Part shown: piece after piece, positions 27,257 through 37,277 of the stretch
Position numbering within the stretch: position 1 is the first letter of the stretch
How the letters are laid out: each line of letters starts with the position of its first letter
Virus record (IMG/VR): IMGVR_UViG_3300037247_000927
Location: 1 to 58,829 of that record
DNA length: 58,829 bases
From: a virus
Lineage: Duplodnaviria > Caudoviricetes
Direction: 5' to 3' (one strand)
Program-made: the position numbers and the translations under genes
Notes under the pieces: model-generated
Told to the model about the DNA's origin: nothing
Database searches by the model: none
Seen by the model: the letters and a program-made list of their open reading frames with translations, nothing else

Positions 27257-29233
27257 ATGCCACAACCTTTTTTAAGGCCAGATAATAAAGCTTCCGTTTC
27301 TCAGTTCGTTAGAGATTGCTTCTCTATCAACGCAAATCATCGCAAAGAACTCGGCATCGACAGCCGCATGGATCGCAATCTCCGGCTTCGTAAAGGCAAA
27401 TACTCTTCAGAAGAAAAAGCCCTGTTTGGTCAATACGCTCCCTACCTGAATGTTGTTGAAGTCAAATGTACTGACTTTGAAGCCGCATTTGAAGATGTCC
27501 AATTTAATATTCACAAGAAACCTTGGACGATAGAACCTACTCCTGAACCTGAACTACCGTTTACCGTCAAGCGACAGGTGGCCATCATGGTCATTGAGCA
27601 GATAGGTGCTGTCTTCAACGGTCAGATCAGTCGTGAAAGTCTTGTTGAGCTGATTCGTGGTTACAAAGACACGGCTACCAAGTTCATCAAGAAAGAAGCC
27701 AAAAAAGGCGCTGCTCGTATGGAGAGGAAAATATTTGACTTCCTTTCACAAACGGATTGGAACTCAAACTATTCTGACTTTATCAGCGATCTGGCGACTT
27801 ATCCTAATGCTTTCTTGATGTCCCCTGTAAACATTGTCAAAAAGACATTGAAGTGGCGTAGAGATTTGTTGGTGCATGGCAAAGAAACCATGCCAGCGGC
27901 CAGAAGGGTCAGCCCGATTTATGTATTCCCCTCTCCAAATTCCACCAATACTCAGGATGGCGATAATATCGTTGTTGTAAAACCCCTGTCTTTAAAGGAT
28001 TTGACTGAAGCGAAGAATTCTCCCGGCTTCAACAAAAAAGAAATCCAAGAATTGCTTGATGAAGCTGAACTTCAAAAAACTTTCTCATGGTGGTCATGGC
28101 CAAGAACAAGGGCTACAGAAGAAACGGTAGCAGCAGAAACACTTGTGGCGACTGAATCTTTAAACAGTATTTTCTTGTCTACGAATAACAGTTACGCGTT
28201 GATTTATTATGGTGGTCTTACGGGCAGACAGCTCAAAGCAATCAATGTCAAATCTGCAAGCGGCGTTACGGTCAAGGATGACGAATACTACGAGTCTGAA
28301 ATCTGGGTTGCAGGCGATCATGTCATAAGGGCACTATTGAATCCTGATCCAAGGGGTATACGTCCAATCCATTCCACTTCGTTCAGAAAACGTTCTGGCC
28401 ATTTCTGGGGTGAAGCTCCACCTGATTTATTGTATGACTTGCAGCTTGATATCAATACCTTCAAGCGTGCGCATATGACCAATGTGCGTTTTATGGCAGA
28501 ACCGATTACTGAGATTGACAGCTCACGGTTTAATAAAGATGATATGCCGGGTGATGTGCAGCCTGGTGATACCATCTACACACGCATGGACCCTGTTTTT
28601 ACCAATGGCAGGGCCGTTAATATGTATAACGTGCCTGATAACGCGGCCACGATACAAGCCACGCTTATAATGCACTACAGGCTGGCTGACGACATTGTTG
28701 GTATTCCCTCTCAGTTGACTGGTGCATCCGACCTTCCGAGTGTCAACAGGACTGCATCTGTTTTTGTTTCATCTGTCAATAACGCGCTGAAGAAGGTCAA
28801 GAAAATCGGCAAGAACATTGATGAAGATGTGATCGTTCCTGTCATTGACGGCATGTACACAATGCTGATGATGTTCTCAGATGATGACAGTATTAAATAC
28901 GATGCGAAAACGGTTGCTTCTGGCAGTCAGGGTATTGTTGAAAGAGAGGTTATGCAGGGTCAGATCGGCCTTGTCTTGCAAAATGTCATCGAAGGCATTA
29001 AATTAAACCTCATTCCTGCTGACCTGTATTACGTTGTGATCAGGCAGCTATTCGCTAATTTTGGTACTGATGTAGGTGATCTCTTGCCTGACCCGACCAG
29101 AGACAAAGAACTTTCAGCGCTGGGCTTATTGCCGCAAGCAAGCGTTGCTGCCGGTCAGTTAACTCAAACATCACAGCCTGGAGCTGAAGTCCCGAACCTG
29201 GACGGGAGAAGTCCCGTACCTCAAGGTCAATAA
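27257..29233 (+). CDS. Portal protein
   Basis: 658 aa directly after TerL; KPWTIEPTPEPEL, FWGEAPP, RTAS motifs. Confidence 0.85.
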   Translation: MPQPFLRPDNKASVSQFVRDCFSINANHRKELGIDSRMDRNLRLRKGKYSSEEKALFGQYAPYLNVVEVKCTDFEAAFEDVQFNIHKKPWTIEPTPEPELPFTVKRQVAIMVIEQIGAVFNGQISRESLVELIRGYKDTATKFIKKEAKKGAARMERKIFDFLSQTDWNSNYSDFISDLATYPNAFLMSPVNIVKKTLKWRRDLLVHGKETMPAARRVSPIYVFPSPNSTNTQDGDNIVVVKPLSLKDLTEAKNSPGFNKKEIQELLDEAELQKTFSWWSWPRTRATEETVAAETLVATESLNSIFLSTNNSYALIYYGGLTGRQLKAINVKSASGVTVKDDEYYESEIWVAGDHVIRALLNPDPRGIRPIHSTSFRKRSGHFWGEAPPDLLYDLQLDINTFKRAHMTNVRFMAEPITEIDSSRFNKDDMPGDVQPGDTIYTRMDPVFTNGRAVNMYNVPDNAATIQATLIMHYRLADDIVGIPSQLTGASDLPSVNRTASVFVSSVNNALKKVKKIGKNIDEDVIVPVIDGMYTMLMMFSDDDSIKYDAKTVASGSQGIVEREVMQGQIGLVLQNVIEGIKLNLIPADLYYVVIRQLFANFGTDVGDLLPDPTRDKELSALGLLPQASVAAGQLTQTSQPGAEVPNLDGRSPVPQGQ

Positions 29234-29245
29234 AGGTAGAAGATA

Positions 29246-29794
29246 ATGGCATTTTATACATTCATGGTTTCGCTTGGATCACCAAAGCTTCTGACTTATG
29301 AGGGCTGCATGGTTGAGGCGGTTGTCGAAAAGCAAAACGCAGATTTGAGCTATTCAACATATGTGGTCAATTCTGAAGTTATTCGACTTGGTGGTTTTTA
29401 CACTCATGCAATAGTTTCGGAAGAAGGAAGTTATCGGATTCAGTTGTTGGAGTGCGCATGTCCGCCTGCTGGTTCTGAAGAACTTGCGATTATTGAAAAG
29501 CCTGCCAGTGGTATTGATGGCGTTGGTTGTTGTTGCTCAACTTACGAGCAATTGGTTAATATTACAGGTGGACCCGGTGACGAATTTTGTGTTGAAGTAA
29601 TAGCCACTTCTTGTGACGGACAAACTACATATATTCGCGCTGATGGAAGTGGAGAAGTTCTGGATGAAGCAGTTTTAACTGTTCTTCCTGTAACTAATTT
29701 AGACGATTGCTGTGCTGGTGAGAATGTGGATAATCTCTTACTGGACGGCGGAGACTTATTCCTGCTTGATGGTGGGGATGTGTTACTTTTATAA
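29246..29794 (+). CDS. Cys-rich virion protein ending in an LLLDGGDLFLLDGGD motif
   Basis: 10 Cys; C-terminal motif shared with 39063-39551. Confidence 0.65.
   Translation: MAFYTFMVSLGSPKLLTYEGCMVEAVVEKQNADLSYSTYVVNSEVIRLGGFYTHAIVSEEGSYRIQLLECACPPAGSEELAIIEKPASGIDGVGCCCSTYEQLVNITGGPGDEFCVEVIATSCDGQTTYIRADGSGEVLDEAVLTVLPVTNLDDCCAGENVDNLLLDGGDLFLLDGGDVLLL
29747..29778 (+). repeat. 32-bp exact direct repeat, copy 1
   Basis: GGCGGAGACTTATTCCTGCTTGATGGTGGGGA, also at 39501-39532. Confidence 0.95.
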
Positions 29795-29815
29795 TCTTAA
29801 ACGGAGTAATTAATA

Positions 29816-31036
29816 ATGGCTGACCAAGAGCTTCCCTCAATCAGAGCATCAAACCCTATAGTCTCGGCTATAAGTGATCTCGTTTATCTGACCAGGGCTG
29901 GCGCAAGAGCTGGCGGTCTGGCAGAACAAGTCGCTCATACGGGCGATAACCTTACTGCAATCATTGCACCTACCGTCAATGACGATTCAACAGTTCCATA
30001 TATCGTCGGTAGTTTGTGGATCGACCAGGTTACTGATAAAGCATACGTCTGTCTCGATGTTTCTGTTGGCGCTGCTGTCTGGGTACAGTCTTCCTTCACA
30101 GGGGCTGAACTAAAGGCCTTGTATGAAGGTGAAGCAGACACCAATGCCTTTACTGATGCGCTTCTGACAAAGTTGAATCAAGCGCTGACGGCTGACGGCA
30201 CGGCCCCGTTGACAGCAAATTGGGATGCTGGAGCATTCATAATTACAGCCTTACAGCTTGTTTCTGATATCGTTACCGGAACAGCCCCGTTGGTTGTTGC
30301 CAGCACGACTGTTGTCGCTAACCTCAATGCCTCGCTGCTTGAAGGAAATGCAGCAGCAGCTTTTGCTACAGCATCTCAAGGCACTTTGGCAGATTCAGCG
30401 CTGCAAGACGCAAGCCTGGATTCACTTGCCAAACTCAATGCGCTTGTACTTGATGCAACGCTTGGTGATGCTGCTGACTTCGCTACGGCGGCTCAGGGTG
30501 CTACTGCTGACAGTGCTGTGCAAAAAGACGGCTCAGAAGTTCTGACGGGCGACTGGGAGGCGGGTGCATTCGATATTCGCTCACTCTCCACACATCAAGA
30601 CGCTGGCGCTGCGGCTGCTGCTGTTGTCCAGAGATTCGGGGCTTCAGAAAATGAAGGCTACGAAATCAAAGTGATTGATGAAACGCTGGCTGCTTTGGCG
30701 GCGATTTCAACTGATCTCACCGAAGATATTCCGATTGACGCATATATTATTTCCGTTCAGTCGAACATCGAAGAATTGGTGGTTGCTGGCGGAACTTCAG
30801 TGCAGGTTGGTATTGGTCCAGTTTCCAATCCTGATCAGTACGGGATCAGCGCTGCATTCACCAAGAACCTGAAGACTGACGTTATTCCGGTTCATGCGAT
30901 ACTTTCAAGCCTTGAAGATATCCAGGTGAATATGGTAACTGCTGCTGGAGATATTGGCGACACGGTTGCGAGTGCAGGTGCAGTTCGCGTCAGGATAGTT
31001 TATGCGACATTGAACTCACTTGATGACGCTGCTTAA
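29816..31036 (+). CDS. Fibre-like virion protein
   Basis: Ala-rich; APTVNDDS...GSLWID module; FATASQGTLADSALQ/FATAAQGATADSAVQ repeats. Confidence 0.75.
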   Translation: MADQELPSIRASNPIVSAISDLVYLTRAGARAGGLAEQVAHTGDNLTAIIAPTVNDDSTVPYIVGSLWIDQVTDKAYVCLDVSVGAAVWVQSSFTGAELKALYEGEADTNAFTDALLTKLNQALTADGTAPLTANWDAGAFIITALQLVSDIVTGTAPLVVASTTVVANLNASLLEGNAAAAFATASQGTLADSALQDASLDSLAKLNALVLDATLGDAADFATAAQGATADSAVQKDGSEVLTGDWEAGAFDIRSLSTHQDAGAAAAAVVQRFGASENEGYEIKVIDETLAALAAISTDLTEDIPIDAYIISVQSNIEELVVAGGTSVQVGIGPVSNPDQYGISAAFTKNLKTDVIPVHAILSSLEDIQVNMVTAAGDIGDTVASAGAVRVRIVYATLNSLDDAA

Positions 31037-31055
31037 TTTAACCAGGGGCTAGATA

Positions 31056-31367
31056 ATGCTTAATATAGGTGTTCTATCAAAAATCTGGTGCATCCTGCGC
31101 GACATCGCAAATGCAATTGGTGCTGGTGAAGAAGGCCTTACAGCCTACACACCATCAGTGTTAACTGATGCTGGCGCTGGCACTGTCGCTGCTGGCGCTA
31201 TCAGTTTCTCAATTGCAAATGTGGGTGTTGCTGCTGGCACTGTAGATGGAGACTCTTTGCCTATTGGCGGCGTTGCTTCTTTCTCAGCCCCATCGGGCGG
31301 TGATCTCACTGCAATGTCTTATGACGCTACTGGAACTACTTTCCTAATCTCTGAAGTGAGGCCATAA
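31056..31367 (+). CDS. Small beta-rich virion protein
   Basis: Gly/Ala/Thr-rich, lies between fibre genes. Confidence 0.6.
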   Translation: MLNIGVLSKIWCILRDIANAIGAGEEGLTAYTPSVLTDAGAGTVAAGAISFSIANVGVAAGTVDGDSLPIGGVASFSAPSGGDLTAMSYDATGTTFLISEVRP

Positions 31368-31368
31368 A

Positions 31369-32910
31369 ATGTCAGGTTCTGCTGAAATACATTTATTTGG
31401 TCAGTCTGTTAAGAACAACTTTACTGCTGTTGTTGCGCCAACTGTCAATGATGATTCAGATGACGGGTATGCTGTAGGTTCTGTTTGGATTGACACGGTT
31501 ACTGACAGTATATATCAGTGCGTTGATTCAACTGTTGGTGCTGCTATCTGGATTGAAGCATCGGCAACTGCTTTAGCAGCAACGATTGCCCCTGCTGGTG
31601 CGTCTTTAGTTGGCATGCTCTCGGTCCCAGGATCGACTTATGAAACCGTTGAGGACATGCAGAATACTTTTCATTCTGCGGGATGGATAAGTGGTGGAGA
31701 TGTAAGCGATGCGGGCGGGGCAACTGTTGATATAACAGCAGGCACAGGATTTCTGCGCTCTACAAACAGCAGTGTTGGGCTGATATTCAATATTGACTGG
31801 GATCAGGTTCTTGGTATTGCGACAACCACTGATGCGGCAAATTACGTTATCGTTCAGTGGAATGGTGGCGCACCTGAAATACTGACTCCATTACCTACGT
31901 CTGACACATCAGATGGGCATACTTCATGGCTTTTAGCTGTAGTTGTTAATGAGGCAGGTGTTCTGCATTCAATATCACATCGTATTACAGTTGGTGATCA
32001 TGCTTTGCGGATGATTGCTCGCACCCATGCAGTTAATCATATTGAGCGGGATAATGAATTTGGCGGTTTAATACTGGATTCAACCGGAGCCAACGATATT
32101 TCTGTGACAGCCAGCAGGTTATATCTTGGCCTGGATCGGCGCGATATAGCTGCGCTTGATACGGCTGCGGCCAGCACGTTTGATGCTTATTTCAATAACG
32201 GTGCAGGATTCACCAAGGAAAGCACAGGGATTGGCGCATGGGATAACTTGCAGTATGAAAACGGAGGGGCACTGGCTACGCTGGGTGGTAATAAATATGC
32301 TGTTTTGTGGTGGTATATAGAACTTGATGGCAATCTGGTCATGATCTACGGAAACGCAGAGTACAACAATGCGGCTGCGGCTGCAATTGAACCCACACCA
32401 GCATCCGTGCCAATCAGGTTACAGGAACATGGCATATTAATTGGCCGCTTTATATTCAAGGAATCAGAGGCAATTGCTGAATTGGTTGAAACCGTATTTA
32501 CAACCGTATTTGCAACTGCTGGTGTTACTGCGCATGGAGATTTAACAGGAATAGGCACTAATACACATGCAGAGATTGATTCTCATTTGGCTAGTCCTGA
32601 GCCAACAAAGTACATTGGATCAAGTTTAGAAAGTGGCGCTTCTTATGAGTTGCTTCTGACTGATGCAGGTAAAATGGTAGAATTAACACATGGTTCAGCC
32701 TGTGGAATCGTAATACCTGCAAATGCGTCAGTTCCTATTCCTGTGAATACACGGATTGATCTCAGCCAAGGTGGAGCAGGTTTGCTCACCGTCACAATTA
32801 CATCTGATACATTACTAGGTGATCCTGTTTCAGTTGGTCAGAACAAAGGTCTGTCACTCTGGAAGAAATCTGCAACGGTTTGGGTGATATTTGGTGGCAC
32901 TACCGCATGA
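31369..32910 (+). CDS. Tail/head fibre protein
   Basis: Second APTVNDDS..GSVWID module; C-terminal DAGKMVE..IPANASVPIPVNTRI..WVIFG domain. Confidence 0.8.
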   Translation: MSGSAEIHLFGQSVKNNFTAVVAPTVNDDSDDGYAVGSVWIDTVTDSIYQCVDSTVGAAIWIEASATALAATIAPAGASLVGMLSVPGSTYETVEDMQNTFHSAGWISGGDVSDAGGATVDITAGTGFLRSTNSSVGLIFNIDWDQVLGIATTTDAANYVIVQWNGGAPEILTPLPTSDTSDGHTSWLLAVVVNEAGVLHSISHRITVGDHALRMIARTHAVNHIERDNEFGGLILDSTGANDISVTASRLYLGLDRRDIAALDTAAASTFDAYFNNGAGFTKESTGIGAWDNLQYENGGALATLGGNKYAVLWWYIELDGNLVMIYGNAEYNNAAAAAIEPTPASVPIRLQEHGILIGRFIFKESEAIAELVETVFTTVFATAGVTAHGDLTGIGTNTHAEIDSHLASPEPTKYIGSSLESGASYELLLTDAGKMVELTHGSACGIVIPANASVPIPVNTRIDLSQGGAGLLTVTITSDTLLGDPVSVGQNKGLSLWKKSATVWVIFGGTTA

Positions 32911-33527
32911 TATTTCTACCACATGGTATTTTGCAGCAGCAGGTAGTTGGTGAAGCCGAATCGCAATTAGTCACCGACACATTTACCGACTCGAACGGAA
33001 CGGGATTGTCTTCACACACGCCGGATGTAGATTCAGTCGGTGGTGGTTGGATTGAAGATTTTGGTTCTGGTGCGGATATTCAAATTCTAAGCAACAAAGC
33101 GGAGCAAACGGATAATGTACCAACGTATCCGGGCGGGGTGGCATTCATTGATGTTGGTGTTGCTGATTGTTCTTTGTCTGGTGTGTGGAGGTCTAACCCA
33201 ACTTTTGGGACAAATGGTGGCATGGTGGTTAGAGCAACTGACAAGGACAATGGCTGGTATATACGCTTGCAGAATGCTGGTGTTTTTGAAATTTTAGAAC
33301 GTATTGCGGGTTCTGACACCCAAAGGGCGAGCGTATCACCAACAGTTAACCTGAATACTGATTACACAATTACTGTTCAGTTAAGTGGTACAACCATAAC
33401 GGCACAATTAGATGGCGGTAACGAAATTAGTTATTCAAGCGCATCATTCAATCAGACAGAAACCAAGCATGGCATTCATCTCAGAAGGGGCGGGGATAAA
33501 TTTGATAACCTGTCAATTACTGGTTAA
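32907..33527 (+). CDS. Fibre-tip lectin-like (beta-sandwich) protein
   Basis: ATGA-coupled MIFLPHGIL; DTFTD...FDNLSIT concanavalin-like pattern. Confidence 0.65.
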   Translation: MIFLPHGILQQQVVGEAESQLVTDTFTDSNGTGLSSHTPDVDSVGGGWIEDFGSGADIQILSNKAEQTDNVPTYPGGVAFIDVGVADCSLSGVWRSNPTFGTNGGMVVRATDKDNGWYIRLQNAGVFEILERIAGSDTQRASVSPTVNLNTDYTITVQLSGTTITAQLDGGNEISYSSASFNQTETKHGIHLRRGGDKFDNLSITG

Positions 33528-33639
33528 TGAAATGCCAGGTCAAGAATTAGCACCCGGAACTGATGTTGTTACTTATTTGCTTGCACAAGAACTATGCAAA
33601 CAGAATTGTTCTGACAATAAATTAAAGGAAGTCTAAAAA

Positions 33640-33930
33640 TTGGATGCTTTGGATGTTGCAACGATCAAAAGAATCGAAAGGCTTGAGAAAGTTGTCTTGA
33701 CTGGCAACGGCACCCCAAGCATTGTTTCCATGCTCACTGGTGCTGTGACTCGCTTAGATTCTGTTGTGGATGATATCAAGGATATAGGTGACTCAGTATC
33801 TGAGATAAAGAGAATAGATTCTCAGAGACTTGAGAAGAAATTTGATTTTGAAAGGGCAATAAACAGAAGGATGTCGATTGGACTCGTTCTTATTTTAGCA
33901 TCAGCAATTGCTAATTTTGTACTGAGATAG
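33640..33930 (+). CDS. Coiled-coil protein with C-terminal TM segment (holin/antiholin-like)
   Basis: LTGNGTPSI motif, coiled coil, terminal hydrophobic helix; TTG start. Confidence 0.5.
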   Translation: MDALDVATIKRIERLEKVVLTGNGTPSIVSMLTGAVTRLDSVVDDIKDIGDSVSEIKRIDSQRLEKKFDFERAINRRMSIGLVLILASAIANFVLR

Positions 33931-33963
33931 ATATGTAATGATTATTTATGGTAAAATTTTTTT

Positions 33964-34070
33964 ACGATTTGTTAACTTGGATGGCCAATGTTAAGTCGTG
34001 TTGAAACAATCTGGATAGCAAGCGCTAAGTCAAATTGCTGGATGCATCGGATAGCAAGCCAAGTCAAAGG
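33964..34070 (+). promoter_or_regulatory. Structured, repeated 5' leader of the scaffold gene
   Basis: Hairpin TTAACTTGG-ATGG-CCAA(T)GTTAA; repeat GGATAGCAAGC-(GCT/C)-AAGTCAAA at 34013-34034 and 34049-34068. Confidence 0.55.
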
Positions 34071-34079
34071 AGAGATTCA

Positions 34080-35003
34080 ATGAATGACGTAGTTGTGAAT
34101 AACGATAAAGGTGAAGCTTTTGATATGGATGCGTTTTTAAAGACGCTCCCTAATGTAGTTGATCCTGATGCCGAGCCAGGCAGTATAAGTGCTGGCATGC
34201 AATCGAAAGAGCTGGAACAAGCGCAAGCTGATCTGACTGATCTAAGGCAGAAGTTTCGTACCTTAGAAGGCAGAACCAGCAAACTTTCACAGCTTGATAG
34301 CAAGTACGCTGAATCTCTAACCCTTGCGAAAGTTCAAGGTGATCGAATTCTGGAACTGACTCAATTGGTTGCTGATGCGACCAATCAGAAAGTTGAAGAT
34401 ATTCTAACTCCTGAAGAACAAAAGGCTTTTGCGAAATCAAGACCAATCGTAGAAAAGATAGCAGTCAGTAAGGCCAAAAGTACCGTTAATGATGCCCTGA
34501 AGGGCTTAGACGGCAAGTTCACCAAGCAGGATGATCGTATATCCGGTTTGGAAAAAAATCTCCAGGATGAGCGAGACAAGGGCTTTAGGACTACTGTCAG
34601 AGCAGCGCATAGTGACCTGGATAAGTTTTTATCTTCCGAGGTTTGGGAAGAAGCTAAACAGGAATTGCTACCGCTTGCGGGAAGAACGCTTGGTGAACTC
34701 TTTGCCGATGCTCTTGATAACAGGAATGCTGAACAAGCAATCAATATTATCAAGACAGTCAAAGAGAAAACCGGCTTTGGTGATAAAGGTTCAACATCTG
34801 ATTATTCATTGTTGTCCGTTCCGGATGGAAGTTCCGCCGCCGTTGAGCAGAACAAGTCTTCTGTTGAGGGCAAGACATTTAAGGCTACCGATCCGGATGA
34901 TTGGAACGAAATGAGATTTCAGAAAAAAACCATCACCAAAGAACAACATGAGGCCCTGCTTGCTCAGTTTGAAAAAGCTGAAATGGAAGGCAGGGTTATC
35001 TAA
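34080..35003 (+). CDS. Capsid scaffolding protein
   Basis: Charged coiled coil directly before the capsid gene; ends AEMEGRVI; AAGGAG RBS before the ATG at 34080. Confidence 0.75.
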   Translation: MNDVVVNNDKGEAFDMDAFLKTLPNVVDPDAEPGSISAGMQSKELEQAQADLTDLRQKFRTLEGRTSKLSQLDSKYAESLTLAKVQGDRILELTQLVADATNQKVEDILTPEEQKAFAKSRPIVEKIAVSKAKSTVNDALKGLDGKFTKQDDRISGLEKNLQDERDKGFRTTVRAAHSDLDKFLSSEVWEEAKQELLPLAGRTLGELFADALDNRNAEQAINIIKTVKEKTGFGDKGSTSDYSLLSVPDGSSAAVEQNKSSVEGKTFKATDPDDWNEMRFQKKTITKEQHEALLAQFEKAEMEGRVI

Positions 35004-35024
35004 ATCCATTAGGAGTTAGTAATT

Positions 35025-36026
35025 ATGTCACTTAATACCGGCCAACAAGCCGCAGCAGGGTACGCCAATACCTCTGGAGGTCCGATGTTTCCACCCGTCA
35101 GTATGCGGGCAGGGATACTCAGGCGTTTCTGGGAGGCAAGTTTTGTACCCTTCATCTCGTCCACAAGTTACTTTGCAGGCCAGACGCCTACATTTGGACG
35201 GCCTTTGCGTTTCCACCGTGAACCTATTATCAAAGTTCGCAAGCGTCAGAAGAATCAGAAGATCAAGCATGATCAACTGGACCTGACCGCGCTTGATGTG
35301 ATGATTGGTGAACAGCTCGACTATTCCTACAAGATTGATGATTTCGATTTTGAGGCTCTCTGGTCACAGTCTGAGTACCGTCAGTCAATCGAAGGTGGTG
35401 CTGCATTATCAGCTCACCAGGTTATTGGTTCTGAACTCCTGCACTTCATGGTTGGTGAAGCTGCATGCGAGAATCAGGGAAGTAGTGCGGGCAAGATCAC
35501 CAAGCAGTACAACCTTGGCGCTCCATCTGCACCACTGGTCATCGACGTTAACAACATTGGTCGGGTTTATAGTATTGCGCAGGCTGTTTTAGCTGAGCAG
35601 GATATTAACGCGGACTCTATGACTGCCGTGTTTGGAAATGAAGTAGCTATGACGATTGTCGTACCGCCCGCATTCCGTGAAACAATGCAGAACTCCAAGT
35701 TTGCTGATCGTATTTCAAATGCGATTTGTGATCCTGGCTGTAGTCTGCTGATCAACGGTATGATCCCAAGGTCAATTAACGGTTTCGCAACGATTGTTTC
35801 AAATTGCGTTCCGATGGTTATTGATCCCGGCAATTCCAAGCTTTCATTCTATCTGGTAGCAACAGCAAGACGGGCAGTTGGTTTTGCTGGCGTTAACGAG
35901 AAAGTGAGATTGGTTGATGGTGCACCGGATGGTTGGGACACTTACTTACAGGGACTGTTCACGTATGGCTTCGATGTATTTTATCCTGATGCCATTGTTA
36001 TTTTTTACGTGCAGTTCACAGCTTAA
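35025..36026 (+). CDS. Major capsid protein
   Basis: 333 aa after the scaffold; ILRRFWEAS..ISSTSY, YSYKIDD, INGFATIVSN, GLFTYGFDV..PDAI. Confidence 0.85.
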   Translation: MSLNTGQQAAAGYANTSGGPMFPPVSMRAGILRRFWEASFVPFISSTSYFAGQTPTFGRPLRFHREPIIKVRKRQKNQKIKHDQLDLTALDVMIGEQLDYSYKIDDFDFEALWSQSEYRQSIEGGAALSAHQVIGSELLHFMVGEAACENQGSSAGKITKQYNLGAPSAPLVIDVNNIGRVYSIAQAVLAEQDINADSMTAVFGNEVAMTIVVPPAFRETMQNSKFADRISNAICDPGCSLLINGMIPRSINGFATIVSNCVPMVIDPGNSKLSFYLVATARRAVGFAGVNEKVRLVDGAPDGWDTYLQGLFTYGFDVFYPDAIVIFYVQFTA

Positions 36027-36047
36027 CCGGCATAGGAGAGAATAATT

Positions 36048-36710
36048 ATGTCAGCTAATGTTTTTGTTCACAGGGGCGGTCCCAACAAGACTACCTTTTT
36101 TGGCGACAGTCTCCCTCCGGAGCTGCCAGAAAGGTGTAATAAGTTGTATGGTGCATCGCATAATACCCGTCAGTCTTACTCTGACAGGTTCACTTTTCAC
36201 AAGTCAGAAGAAAAACTCTTCAACTACATCATGGCTCAGGAGTTTGAGGCAGAATCCAATATCTATACTCATGCTCTGCCAGCCGGGATGTGGCTTGAAT
36301 ATGTCACTCTTCGTGGCCTTTGCCCGACTGTTGGACTTACGTTCAGTGTCGAGCTTGTAGGCCTGCTTGATCCGTCAGAAGTATCTGGTACTGATCCTGA
36401 AGACTTCATTGATGAGCAGGATATTACTGTCCTCATTGCTGCTGCCGACATGGATTATGACGTAGATGTTTGCGCCGAGCAGTACATCGCTCAATGGCGT
36501 GCGACTGATCCAGGCGAGTTTCTGACTTCCAATAAAATGATTCGTATTGTTATCACTACAATGCCTGTAGAGGACTTGTTTGGTACATGCGCGAATTATT
36601 CTTTGGGCTTCGAACTTTCTGCTTCATATACCGATCCATGTTTCATTGATGTGGCTGCTGGTATGTGTCATGAACAGGACTGTGGTGACGTAACCACAGC
36701 CGCTGAATAA
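36048..36710 (+). CDS. Probable capsid decoration/minor capsid protein
   Basis: Follows the MCP with a strong RBS, then a UUCG hairpin. Confidence 0.55.
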   Translation: MSANVFVHRGGPNKTTFFGDSLPPELPERCNKLYGASHNTRQSYSDRFTFHKSEEKLFNYIMAQEFEAESNIYTHALPAGMWLEYVTLRGLCPTVGLTFSVELVGLLDPSEVSGTDPEDFIDEQDITVLIAAADMDYDVDVCAEQYIAQWRATDPGEFLTSNKMIRIVITTMPVEDLFGTCANYSLGFELSASYTDPCFIDVAAGMCHEQDCGDVTTAAE

Positions 36711-36728
36711 GCAGCTTTGTAATACCGT

Positions 36729-36751
36729 GGGGGGCTTCGGCCCCTCGCTTT
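36729..36751 (+). terminator. UUCG-capped hairpin (weak terminator or stabiliser) after the capsid genes
   Basis: GGGGC-TTCG-GCCCC with a short U tail. Confidence 0.6.
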
Positions 36752-36765
36752 AAGAGGAAATCGAA

Positions 36766-37263
36766 ATGTCAGTAAGCAAATATTTAATTCACAGGAAGAC
36801 AGGGAACGTGGTTGTTTCCAATGATGGTTTCGCAGGGTCTGGTGATTACAGGCGCATGACGAAGGCTGAGCTTGAGCAGAGGGGTTTTCTTGCTCATGAA
36901 GATGAGGCCCAGGTGATTGCTGGTGAACATATTGTATTGGCAGATCATTTTGGTGATTTAAGCAAGGCCGATCTGAATCTGTTTGTCGTTGAAAATGGAC
37001 TGGCCTCAAGCCTCAACACAGCCAGCCCACAGCTAGAGCTTGTCAAGCTTGTGAAGGGTCTTGTCCGAAGGCACAACAGAGAGCTTCTGAAATCAACTGA
37101 AGAAACTTTTTTGCCTGAAGGCTTCTTTAATATGACGACGAAAACCTTGAGAGAGATATCCAAGGAAGAAGAATTTGATATTGATCTCTCTGGTTTGAAG
37201 ATCGACATCCAGGACCGTCTGTACGCTGCATTTTATACACGCTCTCAGGAACCTGAAGAGTAA
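36766..37263 (+). CDS. Hypothetical protein with two helix-extension-helix-like modules
   Basis: LSKADLNLFV.. and MTTKTLREIS.. modules. Confidence 0.55.
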   Translation: MSVSKYLIHRKTGNVVVSNDGFAGSGDYRRMTKAELEQRGFLAHEDEAQVIAGEHIVLADHFGDLSKADLNLFVVENGLASSLNTASPQLELVKLVKGLVRRHNRELLKSTEETFLPEGFFNMTTKTLREISKEEEFDIDLSGLKIDIQDRLYAAFYTRSQEPEE

Positions 37264-37277
37264 AACAAGGAAAGTGA

